Translations under genes and position numbers: made by a program
Virus genome (UHGV): UHGV-0180039
Strand: one strand, 5' to 3'
Length of the DNA: 37,605 nt
Source: a virus
Shown: in pieces, positions 11,326 to 20,682 of the stretch
Layout: every line of letters starts with the position of its first letter
How positions within the stretch are numbered: the first letter of the stretch is position 1
Notes under the pieces: model-generated
What the model was told of the DNA's origin: nothing
Database searches by the model: none
What the model saw: the letters and a program-made list of their open reading frames with translations, nothing else

Positions 11326-12219
11326 TTATTTTTTTGCCTTTTTAGCGGCGAAATACGGCGTCCAGTCACCAGTTTCCAGCGCCTTGGCTTTCAATTTGTC
11401 GAGGTTGTTGATTACTGCGCCGTTGCTCCCCTTAACTGTCGGGGTTGTGGCTGCCGTGGTTTTTGCTTTTGGCATGATTCTGGCCTTCGATTCGATACGT
11501 TCCAGCAGACGACCAATTGCTACGGGGTTGGTAGCTTCTGCCAGTTGCTTGCGCAGTTCAGCGTTGCGACCGAGTGCCAGAACAACGATTTCCGGCTTCT
11601 CTGACTCAAACAGGATCGCGTTTTGTGTCTCGATGGGGATTTCCTCGAGTACGGCCTGCTCAGCTTCCTGATAGCCAGGAACTTTGAGAGCCTTAACACG
11701 TTGCTGATATTTGGATAATCGCTCTTGATAGGCAGCCTGAAGCTCCTGCTCCTTCTGCTTGCGAGCCATCTCCTGTTGCTGGTACTTGCCGTTATCCTCT
11801 GCCCACTTAGCCATGCGTTGCTGGTAGATTTCTTCATCGAAACCGATGTCCTCATCATCCAGTTTTGGCATTCGCGGTGGTTGAGTGATTACCGGCTGCT
11901 GCTCGACGGGTTTCTGAGACTGACGCATCAGCTCTTTCAGCTCGCGGTCTTTCTCTTTAATCGTCTTGCGCAGGTGTTTTACCAGTCCATGCTCTGCGCT
12001 ATCTTCGCTGGTTGGCGAATCCAGCTTTTCGTCACCAAAGTAGAATTCCTGTTCTGATTCGTCGTCATCAGTTTCAGTAGCTTCCTCTGCATCATTGCCG
12101 GAGGACTCACTGCCATCTTCTGTTTCGACTTCTTCAGCCAGCTCGACATCATCAGGAATCTGCTCTGACGCGTCGGTTTCGATTTCAACTTCTGGTGTGT
12201 TTTCTGCCATCTGGTCCAT
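11326..12219 (-). CDS. Scaffolding protein
   Basis: 297 aa, extremely acidic N-terminus (EVEIETDASEQIPDDVELAEEVETEDGSESSGNDAEEATETDDDESEQE), helical K/E/Q-rich middle, basic C-terminus; between portal and coat genes. Confidence 0.8.
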   Translation of the reverse strand: MDQMAENTPEVEIETDASEQIPDDVELAEEVETEDGSESSGNDAEEATETDDDESEQEFYFGDEKLDSPTSEDSAEHGLVKHLRKTIKEKDRELKELMRQSQKPVEQQPVITQPPRMPKLDDEDIGFDEEIYQQRMAKWAEDNGKYQQQEMARKQKEQELQAAYQERLSKYQQRVKALKVPGYQEAEQAVLEEIPIETQNAILFESEKPEIVVLALGRNAELRKQLAEATNPVAIGRLLERIESKARIMPKAKTTAATTPTVKGSNGAVINNLDKLKAKALETGDWTPYFAAKKAKK

Positions 12220-12309
12220 TTGTTACCCCTGTTTACTCGATGTTCAGCCCATCGGAAGGCAATAGGGTGCCAGGCCTCATAAAGACAGCCATTGCACGTT
12301 ATGGGTTAA

Positions 12310-14508
12310 TTACTGCTGTGGTTGTTGCTGAGTTGATTTTTGCAGGATGCTGCTGATGTCCATGCGCTGCGCATGGCCCTGAGCCTGACTTTTCAGGACA
12401 AGCTCTGCATCAGCACGGGCATTATCTCCTTGCTGTTGCTGGAACTGTCCGAGCAGTTTCAGAGCCTCGCGTATATCAGATTTCTGCTGGCTATCGGCAG
12501 ATGCGAGGATTTTCACAACATTTGCCGCTGCAACCTGAGCATCAGTCTGTGCCTGGAATGCTTTAACCTGAATGGCTGCTTGTTCGTTCTGCGCTTTCTG
12601 CAATTCAGCCTGACCAGCAAGAAGCTGACCTTGCGCAGCAACCATAGCCGGATCTGGCTGACTGGCCTGTTGTTGTTTCGCCTGCTCAACCATTTGCTGT
12701 TCTTCAGGCGTTCTCGGCTTGATAACGCCAGACAGAAGCAACTGATTGCGGTTGTATTCTTTCAGGTCTTCCATCCCTTCGCCGTCCATATTGTCGAGAA
12801 TCATCGACGATACAAGGTCATGCTTCGGCGTTCCTGGCGGGATAAGTGCCAGCATGGAAAGTAACGACTTAACCGTTGCATCACGGCGAGTAGCGAACGA
12901 CTGACCGACATCGACAGTCACTTCATAGTTACCCTGCGAAAGGTCGTTAAGCGCGATAACCTGCCCTGTCTGACGGTCAACCACTTCACCAGTCATCAGC
13001 GCCACGTCATCGCTGCCGTCCTCATTAACGATACGCATCGGCGTATCACTGCCATAGACCTCACGCGCCATAGAAAGCCACACGACGCCAGCGCGGCGCA
13101 TGGATTTAGCCATGTTGTCCATGTAGATATAGGACTGCGTGTCCATCCGGTTAAAGATGCTATCAACGGTATCGGTGGCGACGTTGCTCGGCATGTTCTC
13201 AAGCTGCGACGCACCTGTAATTTGCTGAATAGCAGTTCCGGTGTACTGCAATAGCCCGGCAAGAGCAGGAGGCATTTGTGTTGTAGGCGTATAACTGCTG
13301 ACCTGAGCCTGCGCAGTAATATCGCCGTTTTTGTTTTTCAGACTGACCATCGGCAGGAACGCCGGGCGCTTTTTGTTGCGCTCAGCCCAATGAGTAGCGA
13401 GAGGACCAGGAATCATGTCAACATCAACTACAGGAATGCCATCACCGCCAGCCTGAGTAGCGTTATCTGCAATCATGGAAACCATCAGGTTCTCAAGACG
13501 CTGTGCATCCATCGCTTTTGCTGCGTGGCCTTCGATTCGCTCCTGATTATCAACAAATGAGCGACGCCCATATACCGGGATGAGAGGAATATGTTCGCCC
13601 GGAATGCGCTTCGGTTCTTCCAGCCATTCAGCGCCAGACAGAAGACCGCAATAAACGCGGCGCTTCTTCACCGTTCGCTCGCCAATCAGTTCGAATGCAC
13701 CATCGGTCAGCTCGTCGACAATATCTTTGATTTGCTCTTCATCATAGATTGCCGTTTCTCCGCTAACAGGGTTACGCCATGCTGTGAGCTTCACCTTCTC
13801 TATGCGAACTTCGTAGTAGCGACCAACATAGATAGCATCAGGAGTTGACCAGTCATATTGAGTGCCAGTGTCATCACGAGAAAGGCTTGCCGCGATGGAA
13901 TCAGGGTATTCAGCCTCGAACGCTTTAGGCGTCATGGAGAACATTTCCATAGCCCACATAGCATCAGAGCGGTCATATTGCTTGCTGTCCTGATCGAAGA
14001 AGACGCATGTCGCTGGGTCGTAAACAGGAAGAAGGCTTATACGGCGTTGCTCGTTACTCGGATCCATTTCATCTTCGTAATCGGCACACATGCGGAAACA
14101 ACCGAATCCGCCCGTTACAGCATCATCAAATGCGTTATCACACGCTTCGCCACCGGATGTTTCCTGATAGTCAGCGCGGAATTTGCCGTTCATCTTTTCG
14201 GCCAACGCTTCCGATGCCTTATCGTCCTTCGGCCTGAATTTAACGCTGATGCGATTCTGTCGATACTCGCCAATGATGCGATCACATTCACGGGCAATCT
14301 TATTCAGTTCAAAGCGCGGGTAATGCTCAAACCTGCCCTCATCAAATGAGTAACCAGCGTTTGTGCTGCCTTCCCACTGTGCGCCGGACACCCGTACGAA
14401 ACGTTGAGCCTCAATAATCTGCTCACGCATATCCTGCGTTGCTGACCAGGCATTATCAAAGTTGCACAGCACCTTGCGATGCCAGTCAGTCATCTTTTTT
14501 TCTGCCAT
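12310..14508 (-). CDS. Portal protein, P22 gp1-like
   Basis: 732 aa; Gln/Ala-rich C-terminal barrel region (AQGQLLAGQAELQKAQNEQ...ILQKSTQQQPQQ) and overall pattern match the P22 portal from memory. Confidence 0.9.
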   Translation of the reverse strand: MAEKKMTDWHRKVLCNFDNAWSATQDMREQIIEAQRFVRVSGAQWEGSTNAGYSFDEGRFEHYPRFELNKIARECDRIIGEYRQNRISVKFRPKDDKASEALAEKMNGKFRADYQETSGGEACDNAFDDAVTGGFGCFRMCADYEDEMDPSNEQRRISLLPVYDPATCVFFDQDSKQYDRSDAMWAMEMFSMTPKAFEAEYPDSIAASLSRDDTGTQYDWSTPDAIYVGRYYEVRIEKVKLTAWRNPVSGETAIYDEEQIKDIVDELTDGAFELIGERTVKKRRVYCGLLSGAEWLEEPKRIPGEHIPLIPVYGRRSFVDNQERIEGHAAKAMDAQRLENLMVSMIADNATQAGGDGIPVVDVDMIPGPLATHWAERNKKRPAFLPMVSLKNKNGDITAQAQVSSYTPTTQMPPALAGLLQYTGTAIQQITGASQLENMPSNVATDTVDSIFNRMDTQSYIYMDNMAKSMRRAGVVWLSMAREVYGSDTPMRIVNEDGSDDVALMTGEVVDRQTGQVIALNDLSQGNYEVTVDVGQSFATRRDATVKSLLSMLALIPPGTPKHDLVSSMILDNMDGEGMEDLKEYNRNQLLLSGVIKPRTPEEQQMVEQAKQQQASQPDPAMVAAQGQLLAGQAELQKAQNEQAAIQVKAFQAQTDAQVAAANVVKILASADSQQKSDIREALKLLGQFQQQQGDNARADAELVLKSQAQGHAQRMDISSILQKSTQQQPQQ

Positions 14509-14509
14509 A

Positions 14510-15925
14510 TCAACCTACACCACAAGGAATTGAGTAACTGGAATAGTCTGGTTGCGCAACCGACTCCGGGCAATGCATACACATCATCAACGCATCAGCC
14601 AGGTTAGGAGATGGAATACCGAGCTTCTGCTTCATTTCGACCTTAGTCATTAGCTCCAGCTTCCCGTTGTTATTGAATTTGCGCTGAATCTGCGTCAGTT
14701 CTGCAAACAGTTTCTCCAGCATCTTCTCGCCTATCGCTTCTTTGTCGAAGCTCAGCATGTCGTCGGGGTCTGCATACTCACCGTGGACAACCGCCCGATA
14801 TGTCAGATACAGCCTGTCAGCCAGCGCGTAATAGAATTGCGCTCGCTTATTGCGGAATACATCGCCAATAGTGCGAACGTTGTCACCCTGTACGACTTCA
14901 TCAGCCCATGCTCCGGCCTGATACGGAGCATCTTCATCGAATGGCGATTCGCTGCCCTTGAACATCGTGGCGGTGATTTTCTTACCGGAGAACGCTTCCG
15001 TTGTCTGTCTGCGTAGCCCTGCACCGACACCATCGCCATCCCACAGGTAATGGTCAGCGCCGTCTTCAATCGCCAGCGAAGTAGCCCAGTCAGCACCCTC
15101 GTTGATGTCCATCAGCAGACCTTCGGCAATGCGCTTAACTACCGAACCGTGACGCGATGCATAACCTTTAGCATCTGGCCCTGTATCTGATGGGTCATGC
15201 GCAGAGACAACAGCGCCTTTCGCTTTCCATCCGAGTTTCTTGTGCGCATCGGTTGCGGCTTCAAGCCATTCACGTTTGATGATTGCCATATCACTTGCGC
15301 TTACTGGCTCACCAAGCCAGATGTGACGATACAGTGTCGGGTTTCTGCGTTTACACTCTTCCATCTCCAGACGGAGAACTTCAGGAAAGTGCGGGTTGTC
15401 GGTGTAGTTCACCGTCAGCAGACAAATATCATCGGGAGGGTTTACTACGAATCGCTGATAGGTATCGTCGAGGATGTTTTTCGGGTTGAAGCTCACCCAT
15501 ATTTCGGAAAATGGCTTGCGGATGGTTGGTATCAGGATATCCCATGATTCCTTCGTTACCGCTTCCGCTTCCTCCACCCAGCAGATATCAATGCCTTCGA
15601 GCGATTTAATCTTCGTCGGGTTGTTTTTGATGCCGTAGAACATGAACTCAGCATTCGTCCCGAGATGACGAATCATGGAACGCTGAATTTCAAACTCAGC
15701 CGTATACCCTTCACGCTCTATGGTGTCTTCAAGCAGCCGGATTACCGAATCGCTGATACTGTTTTGCAGTTCACGAGCGCAGAGAATACGCACTGGCTGC
15801 CGACGCGCCGCTTCAACAAGCAGTCTCGCAATTGCCCATGATTTACCGCTACCTCGACCGCCTTTGGCGACTTTGTAGCGATGCGCCTCAATGAACGGTT
15901 CAAAGATAGGATTAATCGAGGTCAT
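14510..15925 (-). CDS. Terminase large subunit
   Basis: 471 aa; Walker A-like GGRGSGKS near the N-terminus and a nuclease-type C-terminal half; sits between the small terminase and portal genes. Confidence 0.9.
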   Translation of the reverse strand: MTSINPIFEPFIEAHRYKVAKGGRGSGKSWAIARLLVEAARRQPVRILCARELQNSISDSVIRLLEDTIEREGYTAEFEIQRSMIRHLGTNAEFMFYGIKNNPTKIKSLEGIDICWVEEAEAVTKESWDILIPTIRKPFSEIWVSFNPKNILDDTYQRFVVNPPDDICLLTVNYTDNPHFPEVLRLEMEECKRRNPTLYRHIWLGEPVSASDMAIIKREWLEAATDAHKKLGWKAKGAVVSAHDPSDTGPDAKGYASRHGSVVKRIAEGLLMDINEGADWATSLAIEDGADHYLWDGDGVGAGLRRQTTEAFSGKKITATMFKGSESPFDEDAPYQAGAWADEVVQGDNVRTIGDVFRNKRAQFYYALADRLYLTYRAVVHGEYADPDDMLSFDKEAIGEKMLEKLFAELTQIQRKFNNNGKLELMTKVEMKQKLGIPSPNLADALMMCMHCPESVAQPDYSSYSIPCGVG

Positions 15926-16362
15926 TTTCCGAATAGAGTACTCATCGGTGATGTTTCAATCTGGATTGCGCCGCCGTCTTTGCCTGTTAGCTCGTGATCA
16001 ACCTTGTCGCGCCATTTATCCTTCTGTCGGTTCTTAAGCCAGAAGATGGCAGCTGTTGTATCAGGCGGGTAATACTTCTCAAGAGGAGTTTCGACAATTC
16101 TGTTTTCAATAACACGAATATCGATGTCTGGAGCCACGAAGCCCATAGCGCGTTGATAAAGACGGTCACTAACTTCTGCATCAGCGACGGCCTTACCCTT
16201 TTTTATGGACTCCGAAAACTCAGGATAATCAAGCTTCCACTTGTTAATAGTTGACTCACTGACTTCGAAGAAATCAGCAAGCTCTGCATCGGTGTAGCCC
16301 AGCAAGCACAGTTTGCGTGCCTGTTCGGCATACGCCTCTTGATACTTTGTTGGGCGCGCCAT
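15922..16362 (-). CDS. Terminase small subunit, Sf6 gp1-like
   Basis: 146 aa with an N-terminal HTH-like segment; C-terminus ...ELTGKDGGAIQIETSPMSTLFGK resembles Sf6 gp1 from memory; start overlaps the upstream gene. Confidence 0.75.
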   Translation of the reverse strand: MARPTKYQEAYAEQARKLCLLGYTDAELADFFEVSESTINKWKLDYPEFSESIKKGKAVADAEVSDRLYQRAMGFVAPDIDIRVIENRIVETPLEKYYPPDTTAAIFWLKNRQKDKWRDKVDHELTGKDGGAIQIETSPMSTLFGK

Positions 16363-16364
16363 GT

Positions 16365-16607
16365 TTATGCTCCGGTGGTGAACAGGTCTAACGCTTCCTT
16401 CGATTTACGCACCGCTTCGATAGTGCGGGTCGTGATATCTGAATTAGCGCCGCCTGACTGGAAGTGAATTTTGAATAGCTCAAGCTTCAGTTCGTCAGTG
16501 CCAATGAACTGAAATGCTTCCTCTGCGGCTGCGTTCTGGTTCATGACCAGCTTGTAAATCTCTAACTGGAATTTCTGTTCTTCAGTCATGGGAATAATCT
16601 CTGCCAT
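16365..16607 (-). CDS. Hypothetical 80-aa protein upstream of the terminase genes
   Basis: ATG with SD (ACGGAGCC) 8 nt upstream; stop lies 2 nt before the small terminase start. Confidence 0.5.
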   Translation of the reverse strand: MAEIIPMTEEQKFQLEIYKLVMNQNAAAEEAFQFIGTDELKLELFKIHFQSGGANSDITTRTIEAVRKSKEALDLFTTGA

Positions 16608-16934
16608 TGTTGGCTCCGTTTATCCGTTAAAAGGGATATCAGTTAAGTTATCCCGTGTAGGGTATAAGCCATTGTCGAGACCACTCATTGAATGGTCTCT
16701 GCAATAACCGATGTCTTTCCATCAGTCCGCCACCACAAAGAATCTTTTTTGCCATAAGGCAGGAGGTTCATCTTTCAGTGGCTGCCAGTGTTATTCCCCC
16801 ACTTACTGGCTTGGGTTGTATCGCTGTACTGCCGTTAATTAGTGACCAGAAATTAACTCCGGTTTCATTATCAAGCCCACCAGTAGATGGGCTTTGTAAT
16901 GAAGAGTTGTTATGAAAATTGCTCTAAACAAGCA

Positions 16935-17423
16935 TTAATAGCCATCAGAAGTAATCGCTACAGATTTCAATCCCTCAATGTCATCCTTGGACAGGGCGAA
17001 CCATTCACCGTGCTTTCTCTTTGCGGCAAATTTGCGATGAAGCATGTTTTCAGTTTCTCTTCCACCAGGGATCAGGCACTCAAGCTTCAAGCAGTCTGGT
17101 CCAGAGTTGCCAAGCGATTTGATGCGTTGTGGAATGTTGGATGAATACCCAATTTTGGTTAGCCCAGTTTTCTTCGATGACAAAACGTATACCTGAGGAG
17201 GTTCTTTTCTCTGGTCTTCCATTACACGTCTCATTGTTGCCATAAGTCCGCCGTGCATCAGCATTTCAACAAAGAACGCTGACCGAACACCTGACGACTT
17301 AAGCATGCCAGAAAATTCACTTGCCAATTCCATTAACTCTGCGATGTTTTCAGGAACTTTTTGGCAGTTATCTTCCTTGTATAAGGAAATCATTCTTTGA
17401 AGCTTTTCTTCTAATTGGTTCAT
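16935..17423 (-). CDS. T5orf172-domain (GIY-YIG-like) protein; moron between lysis and packaging genes
   Basis: C-terminal motifs VYVLSSKKTGLTKIGYSSNIPQRIKSL...HRKFAAKRKHGEWFAL fit the T5orf172 pattern. Track ORF begins with GTG at 17459; the ATG at 17423 with an upstream AAAGG is the more likely start. Confidence 0.65.
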   Translation of the reverse strand: MNQLEEKLQRMISLYKEDNCQKVPENIAELMELASEFSGMLKSSGVRSAFFVEMLMHGGLMATMRRVMEDQRKEPPQVYVLSSKKTGLTKIGYSSNIPQRIKSLGNSGPDCLKLECLIPGGRETENMLHRKFAAKRKHGEWFALSKDDIEGLKSVAITSDGY

Positions 17424-17572
17424 AGCGTCTTTACCTTTTAGAAAGTGAGCCTGTCTCACAGAAAAGCCGCCCCGAGATGGTCGCCACCATATACGGCAGT
17501 TCTCAGGCTCAACTTTCTGAAAGGCTCGGGTGATGTAATATGCGCGTGAGATGCGCTGTGAAATTCAGATGT

Positions 17573-17598
17573 AAAAAAAGCCCCGCATCGCGAGGCTC
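17573..17598 (-). terminator. Intrinsic terminator downstream of Rz/Rz1
   Basis: Minus-strand transcript reads GCCUCGC-GAU-GCGGGGC followed by UUUUUUU. Confidence 0.5.
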
Positions 17599-17628
17599 AT
17601 TAAATGGACTTTGTGATTTGCAAAAAAA

Positions 17629-18066
17629 TTATTTCAGGCACTGAGTCCTGATGTACTCCTGCAGGTAGTTAACCTGCGCGGTTATCTTGTCGATTCCACT
17701 TCGGAGACGGTAATAATTGAGTTCAGCATCTGCTGTAAGTCTTGGGCTTTCTCCATCGCCCATGCTGCTGGCTCCGGTCGTTGACTTTGCACAGGTGGCG
17801 GCGACTTGCAGGCGCTTACGCCCAGCAGAAACATCAGCACGAAGGCTTTCGATAGTAGCGTTAGCATCAGCAAGCTCCTTTGTGTATCTGGCGTCGAGTT
17901 CTGCTACATCACGTTGACGCTTCTGCATATCAGCGATGATGGATGTGGCTTTGTCGCGCTGGTCTTTATAGGCGATGGCGTTATCACGGTAATGATTAAC
18001 AGCTCATGACAGGCAGACGATGATGCAGATAACCAGAGCGGAAATAATCGCGGTTAACCTGCTCAT
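17629..18066 (-). pseudogene. Rz: Rz (i-spanin) interrupted by an in-frame TGA at codon 21
   Basis: ATG at 18066 overlaps the R stop (ATGA). Translation gives [20 protein letters not shown] then TGA at 18006..18004, where lambda has TGG (Trp); the frame then continues [13 protein letters not shown]... to a stop at 17629. Confidence 0.7.
17682..17873 (-). CDS. Rz1: Rz1 (o-spanin lipoprotein), embedded in the +1 frame of Rz
   Basis: 63 aa: signal peptide, lipobox-like VSAC, proline-rich mature part ([17 protein letters not shown]); lies entirely within the Rz reading frame. Confidence 0.7.
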   Translation of the reverse strand: MLMLTLLSKAFVLMFLLGVSACKSPPPVQSQRPEPAAWAMEKAQDLQQMLNSIITVSEVESTR

Positions 18067-18539
18067 ACCTCAATCTCTCTGACCGTTCCGCCTGCTTCTT
18101 TGAATTTTGCAATCAGGTTGTCAGCCTTATGCTCGAACTGCCCATAACCAGCCCCCGGCAGTGAAGCCCAGATGTTGCTGCAACGGTCGATAGCCTGACG
18201 GATATCACCGCGATCAATCATCGGCAAAGCGCCACGTTCCTTAATCTGCTGCAATGCCACAGCGTCCTGGCTTTTCGGAGAGAAATCTTTCAGGCCAAGC
18301 TGCTTACGATAGGCATCCCACCAACGGGAAAGAAGCTGATAGCGACCGGCTGCTGTTGATTTGAGTTTTGGGTTTAGCGTGACAAGTTTGCGAGGGTGAT
18401 CGGAGTAATCAGTGAATAGCTCTCCGCCAACAATGACGTCATAACCATGATTTCTGGTTTTCTGACGTCCGTTATCAGTTCCCTCTGACCACGCCAGCAT
18501 ATCGAGGAACGCCTTACGTTGATTATTGATTTCCACCAT
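18063..18539 (-). CDS. R: Endolysin R (lytic transglycosylase)
   Basis: 158 aa, essentially identical to lambda R from memory ([51 protein letters not shown]...). Confidence 0.95.
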   Translation of the reverse strand: MVEINNQRKAFLDMLAWSEGTDNGRQKTRNHGYDVIVGGELFTDYSDHPRKLVTLNPKLKSTAAGRYQLLSRWWDAYRKQLGLKDFSPKSQDAVALQQIKERGALPMIDRGDIRQAIDRCSNIWASLPGAGYGQFEHKADNLIAKFKEAGGTVREIEV

Positions 18540-18846
18540 CTTCTACTCCGGCTTTTTTAGCAGCGAAGCGTTTGATAAGCGAACCAATCGAGTCAGTACC
18601 GATGTAGCCGATAAACACGCTCGTTATATAAGCGAGGTTGCTACTTAGTCCGGCGAAGTCGAGAAGGTCACGAATGAACCAGGCGATAATGGCGCACATC
18701 GTTGCGTCGATTACTGTTTTTGTAAACGCACCGCCATTATATCTGCCGCGAAGGTACGCCATTGCAAACGCAAGTATTGCCCCGATGCCTTGTTCCTTTG
18801 CCGCGAGAATGGCGGCTAACAGGTCATGTTTTTCTGGCATCTTCAT
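18523..18846 (-). CDS. S: Holin/antiholin S (S107/S105 dual start)
   Basis: 107 aa, essentially identical to lambda S ([43 protein letters not shown]...); Met1-Lys2-Met3 dual-start motif present. Confidence 0.95.
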   Translation of the reverse strand: MKMPEKHDLLAAILAAKEQGIGAILAFAMAYLRGRYNGGAFTKTVIDATMCAIIAWFIRDLLDFAGLSSNLAYITSVFIGYIGTDSIGSLIKRFAAKKAGVEDGGNQ

Positions 18847-19242
18847 GTCTTACCCCCAATAAGGGGATTTGCTCTATTTAATTAGGAATAAGGTCGATTA
18901 CTGATAGAACAAATCCAGGCTACTGTGTTTAGTAATCAGATTTGTTCGTGACCGATATGCACGGGCAAAACGGCAGGAGGTTGTTAGCGCAGCCTCTTGC
19001 CACCCGCTTTCACGAAGGTCATGTGTAGAAGGCCGCAGCGTAACTATCACTGATGAATTCAGGATAGCCAGTGGCTACGGCTCAGTTTGGGTTGTGCTGT
19101 TGCTGGGCGGCGATGACGCCTGTACGCATTTGATGATCCGGTTCTGCTTCCGGTATTCGCTTAATTCAGCACAACGGAAAGAGCACTCAATGCATTTAAA
19201 CCAAGCCCCATAAAGGAGAATGCTCTTACCTGTTGCACAGAT

Positions 19243-19302
19243 ATAAAAAATCCCGAAACAGTTATGCAGGCTCTAACTATTACCTGCGAACTGTTTCGGG
19301 AT
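19243..19302 (-). terminator. tR'-like intrinsic terminator ending the 6S transcript
   Basis: Minus-strand AUCCCGAAACAGUU ... AACUGUUUCGGGAU stem followed by UUUUUUA; matches the lambda tR' region from memory. Confidence 0.7.
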
Positions 19303-19436
19303 TGCATTTTGCAGACCTCTCAGCCTGCGATGGTTGGAGTTCCAGACGATACGTCGAAGTGACCAACTAGGCGGAATCGGTAGTAAGCGCCGCCTCTTTT
19401 TATCTCACTACCACAACGAGCGAATTGACCCATTGT
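19245..19436 (-). ncRNA. 6S-like short late leader transcript (PR' to tR'), including the qut region
   Basis: About 190 nt between the predicted PR' start and tR'; sequence is close to the lambda 6S RNA region as recalled. Confidence 0.5.
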
Positions 19437-19442
19437 TTGGTC

Positions 19443-19471
19443 AAATTTACCCAACTTTATTCAAAAAGTCA
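19443..19471 (-). promoter_or_regulatory. Late promoter PR'
   Basis: Minus-strand TTGACT (19471..19466), 17-nt spacer, TAAATT (19448..19443); lambda-like context ATATTGACTTTTTGAATAAAGTTGGGTAAATTTGAC. Confidence 0.65.
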
Positions 19472-19514
19472 ATATTATGCCGTTAATATGTTGCCATCCG
19501 TGGCAATCATGCTG

Positions 19515-20138
19515 CTAACGTGTGACCGCATTCAAAATGTTGTCTGCGATTGACTCTTCTTTGTGGCATTGCACCACCAGAGCGTCATACAGCGGCTTAA
19601 CAGTGCGTGACCAGGTGGGTTGGGTAAGATTTGGGATTAGCATCGTCACAGCGCGATATGCGGCGCTTGCTGGCATCCTTGAATAGCCGACACCTTTGCA
19701 TCTTCCGCATTCTTTCTCAACAACTCTCCCCCACTGCTCTGTTTTTGCTATATCAACCGCACGGCCTGTACCGTGACAATCTCTGCATCTTGCGCCCGGC
19801 GTCGCGGCACTACGGCAATAATCCGCATAAGCGAATGTTGCGAGCACTTGCAGTACCTTTGCCTTAGTATTTCCTTCGAGCTTTGCCACACCACGGTATT
19901 TCCCCGATACCTTGTGTGCAAATTGCATCAGATAGTTGATAGCCTTTTGTTTGTCGTTCTGGCTGAGTTCATGCTTACCGCAGAATGCAGCCATTCCGAA
20001 TCCGGCTTGTGATTGCGCCATCCCCATAGCAGCCATCACATCAGTACCGGAAAGAGAGTCAGAAGCCGTAGCCCGTGGTGAGTCGCTCATCATCGGGCTT
20101 TTTGGCGAATGAAATTTAGCTACGCTTTCGAGTCTCAT
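19515..20138 (-). CDS. Q: Late antiterminator Q (lambda type)
   Basis: 207 aa, essentially identical to lambda Q from memory (MRLESVAKFHSPKSPMMSDSPRATASDSLSGTDVMAAMGMAQSQAGFGMAAF...ESIADNILNAVTR). Confidence 0.95.
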   Translation of the reverse strand: MRLESVAKFHSPKSPMMSDSPRATASDSLSGTDVMAAMGMAQSQAGFGMAAFCGKHELSQNDKQKAINYLMQFAHKVSGKYRGVAKLEGNTKAKVLQVLATFAYADYCRSAATPGARCRDCHGTGRAVDIAKTEQWGRVVEKECGRCKGVGYSRMPASAAYRAVTMLIPNLTQPTWSRTVKPLYDALVVQCHKEESIADNILNAVTR

Positions 20139-20323
20139 GGCCTTCCCCTTTTGCCCTGTTTGACCATCAGGACGCCGTTAACTATTACGTGACGCTCGCC
20201 TTTGCTGTCTCGGTTGTACTTGAGCACTGTTCCTCTTGCGCAGGAAAGCATCCTTGCCACTTCGGTCTGATTGCCTCGTGTCTGGATAAGAAGCTCTGGT
20301 ATCGTTTGAATTGTGGCGTTCAT
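20135..20323 (-). CDS. ninH: NinH-like protein
   Basis: 62 aa; ...TIPELLIQTRGNQTEVARMLSCARGTVLKYNRD...IVNGVLMV resembles lambda NinH; immediately upstream of Q. Confidence 0.75.
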   Translation of the reverse strand: MNATIQTIPELLIQTRGNQTEVARMLSCARGTVLKYNRDSKGERHVIVNGVLMVKQGKRGRP

Positions 20324-20682
20324 GCGTTCTCCAGTTCGGTGATTTTTATTCCAAGCCTTCCACCTGGTACTTTCACACCACGAATTACGCGAATGTCATC
20401 GAATTGCTCGTCGTCTTCCGCAAATCCGGCGTGGATAAGGGAGTCGAGTAAACCTTTCAGGATGTTGTCGAGGTCGCGGCGGCGGGAGTCCGGAACGTCT
20501 GCGATTACTTTGATGCGGAGTCGTGATTTGGTGAAAATGTCTAACTTAAGTTGGCGGATGATTTGCTGAACGTCTTTTCGGTATTTCTGGCCTTTATCGC
20601 TGATGTAGTATTGGCTTCCCCGTCTTCGCCAGTAGGTATTCACCGACGGCGGGTATGGAAGCACAAACTGATATTCGTTCAT
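20320..20682 (-). CDS. rusA: RusA Holliday-junction resolvase
   Basis: 120 aa; PPSVNTYWRRRG...DVPDSRRRDLDNILKGLLDSL...GGRLGIKITELENA follows the RusA family pattern. Confidence 0.9.
   Translation of the reverse strand: MNEYQFVLPYPPSVNTYWRRRGSQYYISDKGQKYRKDVQQIIRQLKLDIFTKSRLRIKVIADVPDSRRRDLDNILKGLLDSLIHAGFAEDDEQFDDIRVIRGVKVPGGRLGIKITELENA

Noticed and set aside
16688-17144. Plus-strand ORFs 16688..16915 and 16887..17144
   Set aside because: Low-complexity translations; the first lies in the non-coding spacer, the second is antisense to the T5orf172 gene; no start signals.
18847-19514. Possible cargo (toxin or tRNA genes) between Q and S, as in Stx phages
   Set aside because: The ~670-bp interval is about the size of the lambda Q-S interval and is filled by lambda-like PR', 6S/qut and tR' sequence; no extra ORF or tRNA-like structure seen.
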